Source of the DNA: a virus | Taxonomy: Duplodnaviria > Caudoviricetes | IMG/VR virus record: IMGVR_UViG_3300020576_003495 | Span: 114,171-178,170 of that record | Direction: 5' to 3' (one strand) | Length of the DNA stretch: 64,000 nt | Part shown: positions 24,391 through 37,125 of the stretch, piece after piece | Position numbering within the stretch: the stretch's first letter is position 1 | Layout: each line of letters begins with the position of its first letter | Translations under genes and position numbers: made by a program | Notes under the pieces: generated by a model | Database searches by the model: none | Told to the model about the DNA's origin: nothing | Seen by the model: only the letters and a program-made list of their open reading frames with translations

Positions 24391-24957
24391 ATGTGTGCTG
24401 TGAGTGCGCTTGTTTTAACCCTAGACGGAGCCGGTACCCCACTCAGATGGGATACGTGGGAGGACGCCGCGATTGCCCACTGCAAGAATCAAGTTGCGTG
24501 GGCTACGGGGGATTTGACCGACCATTTTGGTGGAATCAACCGCATTTCCGGCAACCGTTCGTTTATCTCCATTCCTTCAATCATGGCGTTGAAGGGTGTG
24601 TACGCCAAGTCCCGCAAGATCGTTCGGCTTAACAACCGGGCACTGTTCGGTAGGGATCGCCATACCTGTGCTTACTGTGGGGATGTGTTTCAACCAAGTA
24701 AGCTGACGCGGGATCATGTTGTTCCTGTGTCGCGTGGTGGGAAGAACACCTTCATGAATTGCGTAACGTCCTGCAAGAAGTGTAACAACCGAAAGGACAA
24801 CAAGCTTCTTGAAGAATGCGGCATGGTTCTTCTGTACTTGCCTTATGTTCCCTGCAACAACGAAGCGCTGATCCTAGCCAACCGCAACATTCTGGCGGAT
24901 CAAATGCAATTCTTGCTTGCGAAAGTCCCTAAGCACTCTCGGGTGTTTATGTCATGA
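24391..24957 (+). CDS. McrA-like HNH endonuclease
   Basis: RDRHTCAYCG...TRDHVVPVSRGG...NCVTSCKKCNNRK. Confidence 0.92.
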   Translation: MCAVSALVLTLDGAGTPLRWDTWEDAAIAHCKNQVAWATGDLTDHFGGINRISGNRSFISIPSIMALKGVYAKSRKIVRLNNRALFGRDRHTCAYCGDVFQPSKLTRDHVVPVSRGGKNTFMNCVTSCKKCNNRKDNKLLEECGMVLLYLPYVPCNNEALILANRNILADQMQFLLAKVPKHSRVFMS

Positions 24958-24960
24958 AAG

Positions 24961-24995
24961 AGCCTCTGCCCTTCGGGGTGGGGGCTTTTTTTTTT
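24961..24995 (+). terminator. intrinsic terminator
   Basis: AGCCTCTGCCC-TTCG-GGGTGGGGGCT plus T run. Confidence 0.9.
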
Positions 24996-26160
24996 CGCCT
25001 GTCGTTTGCCTGATTGAAAGTAATTGCAATTTACCTTGACAAACTATCTTAGGTGATCTACCGTGTAGTAACTACATACAGCAGGAGAACTATCATGATG
25101 TGGATTCTACATATTGTTGCTTTCATCTTTTTCTTTCCAGCGTTGTTCATTACGATCCCGCTGCACCTTTTGATCATCAAGACGAAAGCACAGCAGCAAC
25201 CCCCGCAGCAGTAAGTAAGGTGAAGGTTTATTTCCACAGACACATTGACAAACTGTGGGGTTTGTGAGATACTGACTGTACTTAATCAACGGAGTGATTT
25301 AAATGAGCTACCCCAAGTGCGACACTGCGATTTATCAGACTCGCACTAGCCGAACTGTAAACAAGCTTGGCGATGCAGCGTTCCATGGGTTTAACCAAGG
25401 GTTCTTGCTGGAAGCTTTGTGCGGATACAATATTGACGCCCCTGAACAATTACCAAGCGGGAGCATGAAGTCCTACGGTAAAACTGACCCTTTCATGCTA
25501 CCTAGCATACACTCAAGGGAAGACGACAGCGTTAATCAAGCGTATCATGACTCAGTAGCAAAAAAATTGATCGCTCAAGTTCTTGCAGACCTTGAAGCGG
25601 AACGAAACAAACTTTAATCAACGGAGTGATTTAAATGGCTGAACAAACCAGAAAAGAAAAAAGTCTTCAGATGTTTGGTCTTGAGGACATTCATGCCTTT
25701 GTTGCCCAAGCGAGGGCCAGCAGAACCTATACGACTTTGGGTGGCAAGGAAGTCGTTGTTAACCTCTTGTCTGATGCGCAACATGAACTGATGCGCGGTC
25801 GTGATGACGGTGCGCGTCGGATAATCAATCTGGCAAAGTACCTTCTCACGGAAGAAGGATTCGTATGAAAACCAAGAATTTTGAAATCATCAACCACGGA
25901 ATCCACAACGAACAGTACTTTCAAGGCTGCGGAACAGCGTTTTCCAGCTACGACTACTGCTTTACGGGGATTGGAAACTCTGCATCGGAAGCCTATGAGA
26001 ACGCTCAGGAACAGGCATGGTCATGCGCCGATGATGATTTGAAGAAGGTGCTTGAAAAACTCCCCACAGGACGCGGGGCACGCATGAAAAAGCGACCCAC
26101 GGTGCCGAAGAAGTGGGAAGACAGTTACTTCTACGTGTCGATTAGACTTAAGGTTGAAAA

Positions 26161-26559
26161 ATGAGTTCGTACCTTGTGCTTATTCGAGGTTTGCCGGGGA
26201 GCGGGAAGTCGACGCTAGCTAAGTCAATGACAGGCTACCGGCATTTTGAGGCGGATCAGTTTTTTGTGGTCGATGGTGTTTACCGCTATGACCCCGCTCT
26301 GGCAGGTGCGGCACACCAGCAATGCCAAGAAAAGACGCATAAGGCTTTGCTATGCGGGGATAACGTGGTGGTCAGTAACACTTTCACGCGCCTGTGGGAA
26401 ATGGAACCCTACTTTCGTATGGTTGCGTGTTTGGACGTTACTGTGCGTGTTGTTGAGGCTCTTGGCGAGTACCCTAATGTGCACGGTGTTCCCTCTGAAG
26501 TTATTGATAAGATGCGTGCCCGATGGGAGCCAACACCACTAGAATACTTGACAAACTAA
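26161..26559 (+). CDS. P-loop kinase (AAA_33 / polynucleotide-kinase-like)
   Basis: IRGLPGSGKST, EADQFF, VVSNT, HGVP. Confidence 0.85.
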   Translation: MSSYLVLIRGLPGSGKSTLAKSMTGYRHFEADQFFVVDGVYRYDPALAGAAHQQCQEKTHKALLCGDNVVVSNTFTRLWEMEPYFRMVACLDVTVRVVEALGEYPNVHGVPSEVIDKMRARWEPTPLEYLTN

Positions 26560-28463
26560 CAGGGTTGTGATACACTGTAGTCTCTTAATCAATGGAGTGA
26601 TGAATGAAAAAGAATCCGAAAGTCGATGATTACGTGGTTCTCAACAAGAATCCAGAAGCGACGATCTTTGTAGTGACGGGTGTTGATGGGCGTAATGTGA
26701 CCATCATCGACTCTAATATTCCTGCCAACGTCAAGCAGCGTGGCTACACGTGCGACATAAGCCTTGTTCAACTGGCAACCAAGAAGCAGTTGGCAGCATG
26801 AAAAACCCACCTGTACTTGGATCATACGTTGTGCTGGCGTCAAACGACGAAGCCGACTTCTATTTGGTGGTCAACGTCTGCGGTGATTATGTTGACCTAT
26901 TACCCTACGGTGCGCTAGGTGTTAAGCGCAGACCCATAACCCAAACGTGTGAGTTTTCCTTGGTTCAGTACCCGCAGGGAAAACAAATCGAACGGCTTTA
27001 TAGCTTACATGATGAAAGGGTGTGCAATGAGTGTTAAGACGACAGGATCGTTGTTCAAGAAGTTTTATGATGATCCATCCGTATGGCTTGACGGTTATTA
27101 TCACGATGATACCGTTATTACGGTGGACGGAAAGCTTGACGAAGGCGACATTGACCTTGCGGAAGTCCAAGACGCCGCTGTTGTCGTGGTGTCTTCTGGC
27201 TGGATCATCAATGCTGACGGTGCTGCGGTTGTCGACTTTGGTGCGGCGTTGAAGCGATGGCTGAAAAAGCAAGACACGGTTTCGTTGGTTGTCGAGTGCG
27301 ATGCTTCCGTTCTGGAAGCTGTTAAAGCAGCGATTAAAGCTGCGGGGGGAAAGGCTATATCATGAGCATTGTTGCTTACGCAGGAAAGCCTCATATTGAC
27401 CTTCGGGGTCAAGACGGTAATGCGTTCGTTCTTATGAATCAGGCTAGCCGTTTTTCACGGCAGTTGAATATGGACGCAAAGCCTATTCTTGCCGAAATGA
27501 TGAGCAGTGATTACGATAATTTGGTCAATACCTTCGATAAGTATTTCGGGGATGTTGTTGATCTTGTTCGGTAGGGGGGGGGTAGCGATGCTTACGAGTG
27601 TAGTTCCGGGTTTTGAAGGTAATTGCAAGCCTGTGTGGTTGAACAGGAATCAAATCTACATCAGACAGTCTGGTGGTGTTACGGGGTTCTTTCGCCTGAC
27701 CAAGAAGTTGGCATGGCTTCCAATAACAATCAAAACTGGCAAAGAGTTCCACGGAATTATCCGTGGGGGTGTTGTCTATTCAACAGAAGGGCTAGGATCA
27801 TGCTGATGTTTCCTAACAAGGCGGGGGATCACGCTGACACCGATGATATTCTTCGGGGAGAACTGAAAGCAGCGGGGATTCCTACGCTACAAGAGGCTGA
27901 CGGAAAGCCGCCTGAGTACATGGCTGACATGCTGCGCAGGGGTAGTGGAGAAGTGAAAACGTCCGTTATGGGCGTTCTACACGGTTGGGAGTTTAAGCGT
28001 GCGTGGTATTACTGGATGTGCAGTGGCCCCGGCATTGAGCTTGCTGCGGCAGAGCGTTTACAGGAAGATCACGGTACTGTTGTGCGTGCTGCTGGCGACT
28101 GTGCATGTCGAGGGCCGCGTTTCTGGTTTGATGGTCTGGCATGTGGGAGCTACCATGTGGATAGTCCTGAAGGACTTAAGGCGCTGGCGGATACGATTAA
28201 GTCTTTGGTGAATAGGGGTGCGTCAGAATGAAAATATGGGCGTTGTTCAGTGTGTCGTGTGACTACGATCAACCACCAAACAACCTTGAAGCGTGGTGGG
28301 TTAACAAGCCGGATAAAAAACAGCTACGTGCTGTTATCTATCCAGAGCAAAAAGAATTCAACGAGGAAAATTCCGTGGCAATGGAAAAACTTCTCAACGG
28401 GGGATCACTGAGCATTGAGTACGTAGTTGATTATCGACTCGAACAACTAGAGGAAGGTGCAGT

Positions 28464-28787
28464 ATGAGTCTTGATGTTTATTTGGAAAAAGTTGAGCCAT
28501 GCGAGGTCTATAGCGATAACATCACGCACAACTTGAATGTGATGGCAAAAGAGGCGGGGTTGTATTTCGCCCTTTGGCGTCCCGATGAAGTTGGCTTAAC
28601 GAGAGCAAAAGAACTTATCCCGCTGCTTACGGATGGTCTGTACAAGCTGATAGAAGACCCCGAGCGATTTAAGGCGATGAACCCGATCAACGGTTGGGGC
28701 GATTACGATGGTCTGGTAGCCTTTGTTTCGGAGTACTTGAAAGCCTGTATTGCTAATCCTGATGCTCGCGTCAGGGTTTCACGATAG
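28464..28787 (+). CDS. conserved phage hypothetical protein
   Basis: NITHNL..M; NP.NGWGDY motif. Confidence 0.75.
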   Translation: MSLDVYLEKVEPCEVYSDNITHNLNVMAKEAGLYFALWRPDEVGLTRAKELIPLLTDGLYKLIEDPERFKAMNPINGWGDYDGLVAFVSEYLKACIANPDARVRVSR

Positions 28788-29649
28788 GAGCAGCAAGCAT
28801 GAATCACACAATACAGCCCTTGGAAAAGGACGGTCACGGTGTTCTACGTTTTAAGTCAAACAAGATCGTCAGTTATTTATTAGATAACGGGGGGATCGAC
28901 ATGAACCATCTGGCCGTGCAGAACTTTAGCGACGAAGACCGTCAGCAGTTCGCTCAGTTGATCGGCTACAGCCTGAGCGGTTATGGTGATTTGAGTTACG
29001 TGAGTGACGAGGCTTACACTGCGGCTTCTGATGCGGCCAGTGGCTTTATACTTAAGGAAGAAGCGCAATGATTCCAACGTTTTCTTGGGAAGGTGAGACT
29101 GATAGCCCCGGTGGCGTGGCGACCTATACCTGTGGTCGTGAAAAGATTACGGTGCCGCTGCAAAAGTTTACACAGGCGATTGATGTGAACAACATTTTGC
29201 TCAAAGCGTATTCTATGGGCGGCTCTGATGCACGAAACAGGCTTCGCAGCGGTGTTGATCGTGTGTTTTCCGATGACCTGTCTAACAACTTATCTGTCGG
29301 CAAGCCGATAGACTATTGACAAATTGGGCTGCTTGGTATAGTCTAAACACATCGAATAAGGAATAAGAAGCCAGATGACACCGAAACAACTGCATGATTA
29401 CTGTGTAGCGGCTGCTTCCCAGTGCCCACAGTACCCTATGAAGAATTGGAGGTATGGTGACCCCGCTTATGGTGTGAAGTATAGCACGCTGGAACGGGTG
29501 GCTAATTACTGGTTAAATGATCGTACCTTGTGGCACTACGGCTATAACGTGCATTTAGACGGAGCGGCGTCTGATTTTTTTTCTGGTCTGTGGAAGGCGA
29601 AGCGTAAGGCTGTGTTTGACTTTTGCAAAGAACACGAACAGCGGTAAGA

Positions 29650-30075
29650 AAACTGATAGTACCGTGGAGTAGTGCCGAGTACGTGGAGGGTAATTACCCG
29701 ATGAAGCGCGGCAGGGTGCCAAAACCTATCACCCACACCTGACCCGTGTGGGGTAAGCAGAATGCTGACGGTTAGGTGTGGTCGACCTTATACCTTGCGG
29801 GATAAGTGGATCGGGGAGTCCCCTGCAAGTAACGTCGTGATGATTCCCCATAGGAGAACGAAACCAAAAACCCGCTTGTAAGCGTAATGAACTGGACTCA
29901 GAGATTCTGGTAAACACGCTATTCAAATACAGGGGCTGGTACCAACAGGAAAACATCAAAACGGTAAACAGAGAGATGATTAAATGAAAAGGGTTTTAAG
30001 TCTTCACAGTGAGGCAAGGCGGCGAATGGCCTGTAGACGCAGCACCCCACCAACATGAGCCTTGGTGGTTTTTTC
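29650..30075 (+). ncRNA. ~400-nt structured non-coding segment ending in a terminator
   Basis: Gap among tightly packed genes; hairpins such as ACCCACAC/GTGTGGGT; CCACCAA..TTGGTGG-T tract. Confidence 0.45.
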
Positions 30076-31399
30076 TTTAGGAACTGTACTTTGACAACCG
30101 ATTCTAATAAAGTATTCATTGTCAAGCTTAGCAACGGTAACTGGCCTGTGCTGTCACGCGACAAGCCGAGTGTAGAGCGTTCACTGGCCTATTGGAAGAA
30201 GCTGGACGCCAACGCCAAGATGGTTTCTGCAACGCTTAGCGAAGATGAATCTATACAGGATTTTGCTGATAACCTTGACCTTTCGAAAGGAACAGATTAA
30301 TGGGTGATGTGGCTGACATGATGCTAGATGGCACTCTCTGTGAGGGCTGCGGCGTGTATATGGGCGGTGAGGTTGGTTACCCTCGTCGGTGCTCATCCTG
30401 CCGAAAAGAACAGCGTGTGGACGCAATACGTGCTGCTACGCATGCGCATAACCGTGATAAGAAAACAGCTTGTCCTCAATGCGGTAAGCGGGTGAAGATA
30501 GTTGGTTTATCCGACCATATGAGGGATTCACACGCAGTAAAATCTACCCCATAAAACGTATGTTTTAGGGTAGTTTTACCCCATATTTTTACCCCACATT
30601 TTTTAGGGAGATTTTCATGGATTTTGGTGACTTTTTAGAGCGCATGAAAAGAGTAAATACATTCTCTGGCACACGGGCTGGCGACCTGAAAGTACGCATC
30701 AAAGTTTGTTCTCCGGGGGGCTTGGGAGCCACACCAACGGTCGAGGTTAAGTCCGTTATGCGCGGCATAGACTGGGATAGTGGAAGCTTTCTAATAACGC
30801 CTGAGAAGCCCCTTACCGTTCTCACGGATGAACAACTTGAAGCGGTCAAGAAGGTGGCTAAGGACGCCCAATCCTACGAGTCGTATGCCTACAACAAAAA
30901 GCTGAAGGCTGAAAATGCCGCCTTAGCTAAAGAGAACAAGCGCCTCTCGGAAGAATTGGCGCTGTTAAAGGCATGCTACAAAGTGGATTCCGGTACTGTG
31001 TCAACCCCGCTCCCCCCTATCACAGTGGACATTCCTGTCGGGGTTGCGTTTGAGCCTGTTGTTCCAAAGCCTGAGAACACACCCGCATCACCCTACACCA
31101 CCAAGGTTTCTTTGTTCGCTACCAAAAACGGTAAGCCTATAACTTGACAAAGTGTGGTGCTTGTAGTAACCTAGTGCGTATTGAATACGGAGATTCTTGA
31201 TGGCACAAACATTATGTGAGTTTGTTGATGAGCAGAGAAAAATTCTTCTTGAGTTTAAGGCGTGGTGGACTAAAAAGAACATGGAAAACCCAGAAGGTTT
31301 CCCTCTCAATATGCCCGATGGTAACGATGGTTTATGGGTAGAGATGCTGCTTAATTTCACTGAGTTCAAAAACTCTGATGGTTGTCACGGATTCTATGA

Positions 31400-31717
31400 T
31401 TGAAATTACTTGCAACGGAGTGTGCTGTGGCGATTGCGTACAAGAAGTTCACATCGGGTAGGGTAGCATCCTCTGCGGGTGTTACGGCGCTGTTGCGTGA
31501 GTCGTGGGGTCGTCTTTCTGAGTTGAATTTCCTGTTTGACTGTCATCAGCAAGGCGATTGGGGCTACGTGACACGGGAAGAAGCCTACGCTAACGAGTTG
31601 CGCTTGAAGAACGATGAGCCTGTTCAGTCAAAGTTTCTTTTGGGCGGACACGAGATACGAATAACCACGTCGGGGGATCGTAGCGTCACCACGGCATTTT
31701 TGGAGTACGAGGAATGA
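31400..31717 (+). CDS. H..GDWG-motif plasmid/phage protein
   Basis: HQQGDWG...N..L...ITT.GDRSVTT; start uncertain. Confidence 0.6.
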   Translation: MKLLATECAVAIAYKKFTSGRVASSAGVTALLRESWGRLSELNFLFDCHQQGDWGYVTREEAYANELRLKNDEPVQSKFLLGGHEIRITTSGDRSVTTAFLEYEE

Positions 31718-32159
31718 GTGCTAAGAAAAAGTTGAATCCGGCGTCTAGGCTAGCCGTGGACGAACTTTGTTCCACTGCTATGACTTGGGGTTGGGAATCA
31801 GACCAAGGAAACGGTAACGCTGTTGTTCGAGCAGAAAAGCGGTTCATTGAAGCCAAAGCGGCTATGGAAAAGCGGCTGCGATACCTTGAATCACAGCTTA
31901 AAAAGCATCGTCATTTGGTAATACTGTTGGGGGATCACAGTGAGTAAAAAACTGAGTGACTACAAGCAGTACAAGGGGAACAATGACTTCGAAGACCTGC
32001 TTGAAGAAGCCCGTATGGCAGCGGATAGTGACGTAGCTGAAGAATTCGTTAAGTCGCTGATTGAAAACCACAAAAAGTGGGGGGCTGGCCTATTTCTAAG
32101 CGATAAGCAGCATGACTGGCTGTTAAAGATAGCCGAGTGGGACGATTGATGGTGCTATT

Positions 32160-32774
32160 TTGAAAAAAAGAGCCGACCTATCTGGTTTAGTTTTCGGACG
32201 ACTCACCGTTATTGGTGATCCGCTTTACGACGGTAAGCGGTGGTGGTGGAACTGCACTTGTTCTTGTGGTAAATCTATTGTTGTACGGACAGGTAATTTG
32301 GTTAATGGGGGAACAAAGTCGTGTGGTTGTTCTCGTTCTGATGTAGTGGGCGTAAGAAGCCCCACTTTTAAGCACGGTAGATCAAAAACAAAAACATACT
32401 ATGTATGGTGTACTATGAAAGACAGGTGCTACCGCAAAGAGGGCAAGCAGTACGTAAATTATGGTGGTCGCGGTATTGATGTGTGCAGCGAGTGGCATAA
32501 CTTCGATAAGTTTTACGCTGATATGGGCGAGAAGCCAGTAGGCATGTCACTAGAGCGGATAGACAATACTAAGGGTTACAGCCCGGAAAATTGTGAATGG
32601 GCTTCTCGTAAGACACAGGGCCGAAACACTAGAGCGAATATATTGGTGCAGTATGATGGTAGATCACAGTGCTTGTCTGCGTGGTGTGAGGAATTGAACC
32701 TGCCCTATGATAAGACGCACAACAGACTAACTAACCTTAAGTGGTCTGTAGATCGTTGTTTTACTACTAATTGA
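32160..32774 (+). CDS. HNH-like homing endonuclease
   Basis: DLSG..FGRLTV..C.CSCG; YGGRGI.VC..W; LERIDN.KGYSPENC.W. Confidence 0.88.
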   Translation: MKKRADLSGLVFGRLTVIGDPLYDGKRWWWNCTCSCGKSIVVRTGNLVNGGTKSCGCSRSDVVGVRSPTFKHGRSKTKTYYVWCTMKDRCYRKEGKQYVNYGGRGIDVCSEWHNFDKFYADMGEKPVGMSLERIDNTKGYSPENCEWASRKTQGRNTRANILVQYDGRSQCLSAWCEELNLPYDKTHNRLTNLKWSVDRCFTTN

Positions 32775-33516
32775 ATTGGCTACTCAACATAGCTGATTGG
32801 GATTCTTAACAAGGGGGGTTATATGGCAATTAAGAGTTTGAGGCATCTACGAGATTCCTTTTGGGAGTCTCATCACTACCAAAGGGTGAAGGGTAAAACG
32901 CAGAACGATTACCCTGTGGACGTTCGCATGGCGTGGTGTGGCTACGTTGAGTGCTTGCATCGTGACGGGGAAATCTCCGATGAACTGGCTCAGGATGCAA
33001 CGCTGTGAACGTTTATGGGTGGCTTTTTCTGGTTTCCTTTCTGGTGCTACAAGTCGGGATATACATCCGCTACAGGCAAACCTTCAGTGATCCACACGAC
33101 AAATACGTAATCGGAAAAAAATTCGCTAATAGCGTGCTGCGGGACAGTAGCGATAAGGCATCTGCTATGAATGCGTTAAGGGCTATGGCCGAAAACCCAT
33201 TTGACTACGATGACTTTGATTGTGGGATTGAGGACGCCCTTCACGGCTACGAAGTTAATCATCTGGATTAATCTTTCCGCTCCCCGTGCGTAGCCTTTTT
33301 CGAAAGGTGAATCTGTGGCGGGAAACTACAGGAACGGGGAGCACCTTACACCGGGTTTTGCGATGGACATTGTAGCTAAGTTTATGCTTTATTTAGTCTG
33401 GCTGTCAGCAGGAGCCTATTTGTTGGGTAGAGTGCAGACTAGGAAAGGTCTTGTCCTAGCGGCGTTGGCATTGGCTTGCACTTTGTTCGTACTTCCAAAA
33501 TTTACATTAACGTGGG

Positions 33517-33993
33517 GTGGTGATGCGGCACAAGCGGTTGTACAAAAAGAAGGACACAGTACAAAGGATTAAGCGAGAAGAAAAATTAGAACGCGAAAAA
33601 GAGAAGAAGGTCTTATGCCCCTACTGTATAACTCGTGCAGTATTGGTAGCGGGTGATGTTATTTATCCCCACCGCCCTGACCTGCATTCCCTCAATTTCT
33701 GGTTTTGTCGTGACTGTAGCGCTTATGTGGGGTGCCACAAAGAAAATTACGCGATGGGTTACGATGGCACAGAGCCGCTAGGAAAACTGGCAAATAGAGA
33801 ACTTCGCATAGCTCGAATGAAAGCCCACCATGCTTTTGATCCTGTGTGGAAAGAGGGGAAGAACACACGAAGTTTTGCTTATCTCTGGCTGGCAGACCAC
33901 ATGGACTTAACAGTAGCCGAGTGCCATATTGGGATGATGAATCTCGAACAGTGCGCCAGAGTGCTGGAACTGGTAGCAGAGCACTATGGCTGA
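33517..33993 (+). CDS. DUF3268-like zinc-finger protein
   Basis: CPYC..YPHRPDL..C..C.AYVGCH..LAN.ELR..R..AH..FD..ECHIG. Confidence 0.8.
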   Translation: MVMRHKRLYKKKDTVQRIKREEKLEREKEKKVLCPYCITRAVLVAGDVIYPHRPDLHSLNFWFCRDCSAYVGCHKENYAMGYDGTEPLGKLANRELRIARMKAHHAFDPVWKEGKNTRSFAYLWLADHMDLTVAECHIGMMNLEQCARVLELVAEHYG

Positions 33994-36561
33994 TTTCTCT
34001 TGACAAACGTGGTGAGTTGTGGGATACTGTACTTAATTAATAAACGGAGTGGCTACAAAATGTCAAGACTGGATTCGGTTACTGAAAAGAAAAAGATGCG
34101 TACAATCGCCATTGTTTTGGGTGACAACGACTTTGGCCTGACGTTTATGCCGCTACTCGAAACGCTCAATAACGCGATTCAATACAACGGTGAGTTGTCT
34201 GAAGACTGTGTACGTGCCTTCGTCAAAGACGCTGCCCTTTCTCACTACAAAGCTTTTCAGCGGGGTTCGACTTGGGGTGACGATGGTTACGGCACCTTTG
34301 AACACACGGAGAAGTACCTTCAAAAAGCTAAGGTGTTGTTTGATGATGAGGCCGAAGCCGACATTGCCACACGCTTTAAAAATGGTGAGGCTTGGTATCT
34401 TGAAATTCCCACGGGCAAAGTGTATTCGTACTAATCAACGGAGTGATAAGTGATGGGGGTTAAATTATTTATTAGATCGGCGCTGTGTACTCTTGGAGTG
34501 CATGGCCCGAACTGGTACGGAAACAAGTCACGCCCTACGAGCTATCGTGATCCAGACCTACCCTTTAATCGTAGCTGTACATATTGCGGTGAGCAGTGGT
34601 ATGGTACACAAGTTTATGGGCGTACAAGGCGCTACTTGGGGGATTGGAAAACCAAAGAGCAGCTAATTGAAACAGGCGAATGGCAGGAGATTGTCGCCGG
34701 AAAGGAAAAAGCATGACACTGTTTATTATTCTTGTGCTGTATATCCTGCTAGTTTGCCTAGTCGGGGGCTTCGTTGGGTTTAGTGACCAAACAAATCATT
34801 CTCTTACTCTACGATGAGCGAGCAAGAGTTGAGAGAAAAGCTGGTACAGCTTATGGCTGATGCGTCCTACAGCATGTCAGCAGACGCTATCTACGGGGCT
34901 TTTGTTACGGTAACTCGTGCGGCTGAACTAGCCTATGTGTCGGAACTGACAGAAGCGGTGGGTAAGTAGCCGTGGTTCCTTTGGACACGTATGGGACGTG
35001 CTTGGGTACGCACAGCATGCCTACGTCTGGTGTGACTACTACCACCATGGATTACGCCATGCTAGAGCGTAGGATAATGCTGATCAATGGTATGACCTAC
35101 GCGACGTTTAGGGTGCCGTCTAAACTTTCAGAATACACTACAGCGTACAGCATTCCTACGACATCGGTTTTGTGCCGTCCTGTCCCCGCACCCCCGCCGA
35201 AGAATTGGCGGTGGTATGATGTATTCAGGACGTTTGAAGAAAAAAAGACATGCCCTGATGATTGTAGGACACCTTATTTTTTCAGGAAGAATAAAAAGGG
35301 TTGTTCTCAAAAACAAGTGCGGGATCAAAAGAGAAAATCGTATATCGAGCGACTAAAGTTTGATTGGAAATTGCAATGACTACATCATGTATTACCGGGC
35401 AGTTCTGTGGTCACTGTGGGCGACCTGTGCTTAACGCCTTTTACATCTGGGGGATTGCATACCACTATGAGTGCACCCAATCACCCTACGCGCAATGCAG
35501 CAGCGTCCCCGCTGATGCGACAAAGGTTAGTCCTCACGCAAAGAAGCCCCTGCATTGGTTTTACAACGGGTTTTAATTATTGACAAACTAGCCTAGTGCG
35601 GCTATACTGTAGCCATATTCATAGTCATAGAGGTTTTATATGGGCGAAAATCTGAACAGCTTAGAAGGTTTCAGTGATTTAACTTCACTGATGATGGATT
35701 CTTACCTGTTGATGGTAGCGGCACAAGCGAGTAGACCAGTTCAGTCAGGCACCTTTACTGCCCTTGATGACTACCCCGCCCTGAAGTCGTTGGTGGAAAA
35801 AAACCTTCCTGAGTACAACAGCCTTTTTTCTTCTTTTACGGAGCCGAAGCGTACCGACAGAAGAAAAAAGTCTAGGGTCGCCCATGCCTAGCGTAAGTCA
35901 CGAACCCCGTATTGTTGGGGGCTGTTCTCTCCATGAGCAGTACGATCCTGAGAAGTGTCCAAAGGAAAGCCATGATCCCAAAGTGCGTAGGGAAAAGTGT
36001 GGTTTTGCGCGATGCGTAGACTGCTGCAAGCAGCAAGACGACATGGATATTGACGAGTGTAGCAAGTGCGGTCGTCAGCGTATGGTGCCGTGTTATTTCG
36101 ATGAGGAATGTTCGTGACATGAGCGATTGTTGGGATCACATGGTGGACGCCTATGAGAGCGCAGACCATGGGTATGACTATAACCACGAGGGTAGCGGTG
36201 GGGGCTATCCGCCTAAGCCACCGACCTGTAGTAATTGTGGGAAAAATGGTTTATCGTGGGGGATTTATGGTCAAGGCTATCGCCTGTTTGAACACGGTAA
36301 GCTGCATGTATGTGACGCCAAAGGCTTTAAGGAACAAATGAGGAAGTTGTTTGGGCGTTGCAATTAATTTCATTCGAGGCAGGTGATGAACGGACATTGT
36401 TCTACGTGTGATGTTGAAGATAAGTGCGCTTACCCGTACAAGCCGTGTGACTGCTGTAACTATCGTAAGTTTGTAAAAAAGATAAACCCTAGCTCTATGC
36501 CTGAGCCTTACTACGGGCGGAAAAAAGCTCAGGTTATACCTTTTATTAGATTGGTGAAGAA

Positions 36562-37125
36562 ATGACTGATAAAACCTTAAGACAAACCGTGTTTGAAATA
36601 ATCAATGATGCTGGTAGGGAGTTTCTACAGGGTGATGGTGAGCCTTTTGACTTTGAAGCACACTTAGCCCTTCAAAGGGAGTGGTCAGAGAGCACGTTCG
36701 GCCCTGACCCACGGGTTAATGGGATTGTTTCTCACATCAGGAAAGAGTTGGACGAGATTCTTGCTGACCCTACGGATTTATACGAGTGGATTGACGTGGC
36801 TATTCTTGCGCTTGATGGGGCTTGGCGTGCAGGGTATTCTCCAAAGGAAATCATTGCCGCGCTGGTAGCGAAACAGCAAAAGAACCTGTTGCGTAAGTGG
36901 CCTGATTGGAGAACAGCACCCCCAGACACAGTGATTGAGCATGTACGGGATGAGCGAGAACCCGTAAGGACGGCTGCTGGGGAGTTGGAGCAGTTCACGA
37001 TACGTTCAGAGCGCGGAAACCTGTTCCGCTGTGACTGCGGCTGTAACGTATTCCACAAGCCAGACAATACTAGGCTAAGGCATTACAAGTGCAATGGTTG
37101 CGAGGCCGAGTACGATGGGGAGTAG
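36562..37125 (+). CDS. DUF550 (dATP/dGTP diphosphohydrolase-like) protein with C-terminal Zn ribbon
   Basis: WSESTFGP..HIRKELDE..EWIDV.IL.LDGAWR..RKWPDW. Confidence 0.8.
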   Translation: MTDKTLRQTVFEIINDAGREFLQGDGEPFDFEAHLALQREWSESTFGPDPRVNGIVSHIRKELDEILADPTDLYEWIDVAILALDGAWRAGYSPKEIIAALVAKQQKNLLRKWPDWRTAPPDTVIEHVRDEREPVRTAAGELEQFTIRSERGNLFRCDCGCNVFHKPDNTRLRHYKCNGCEAEYDGE

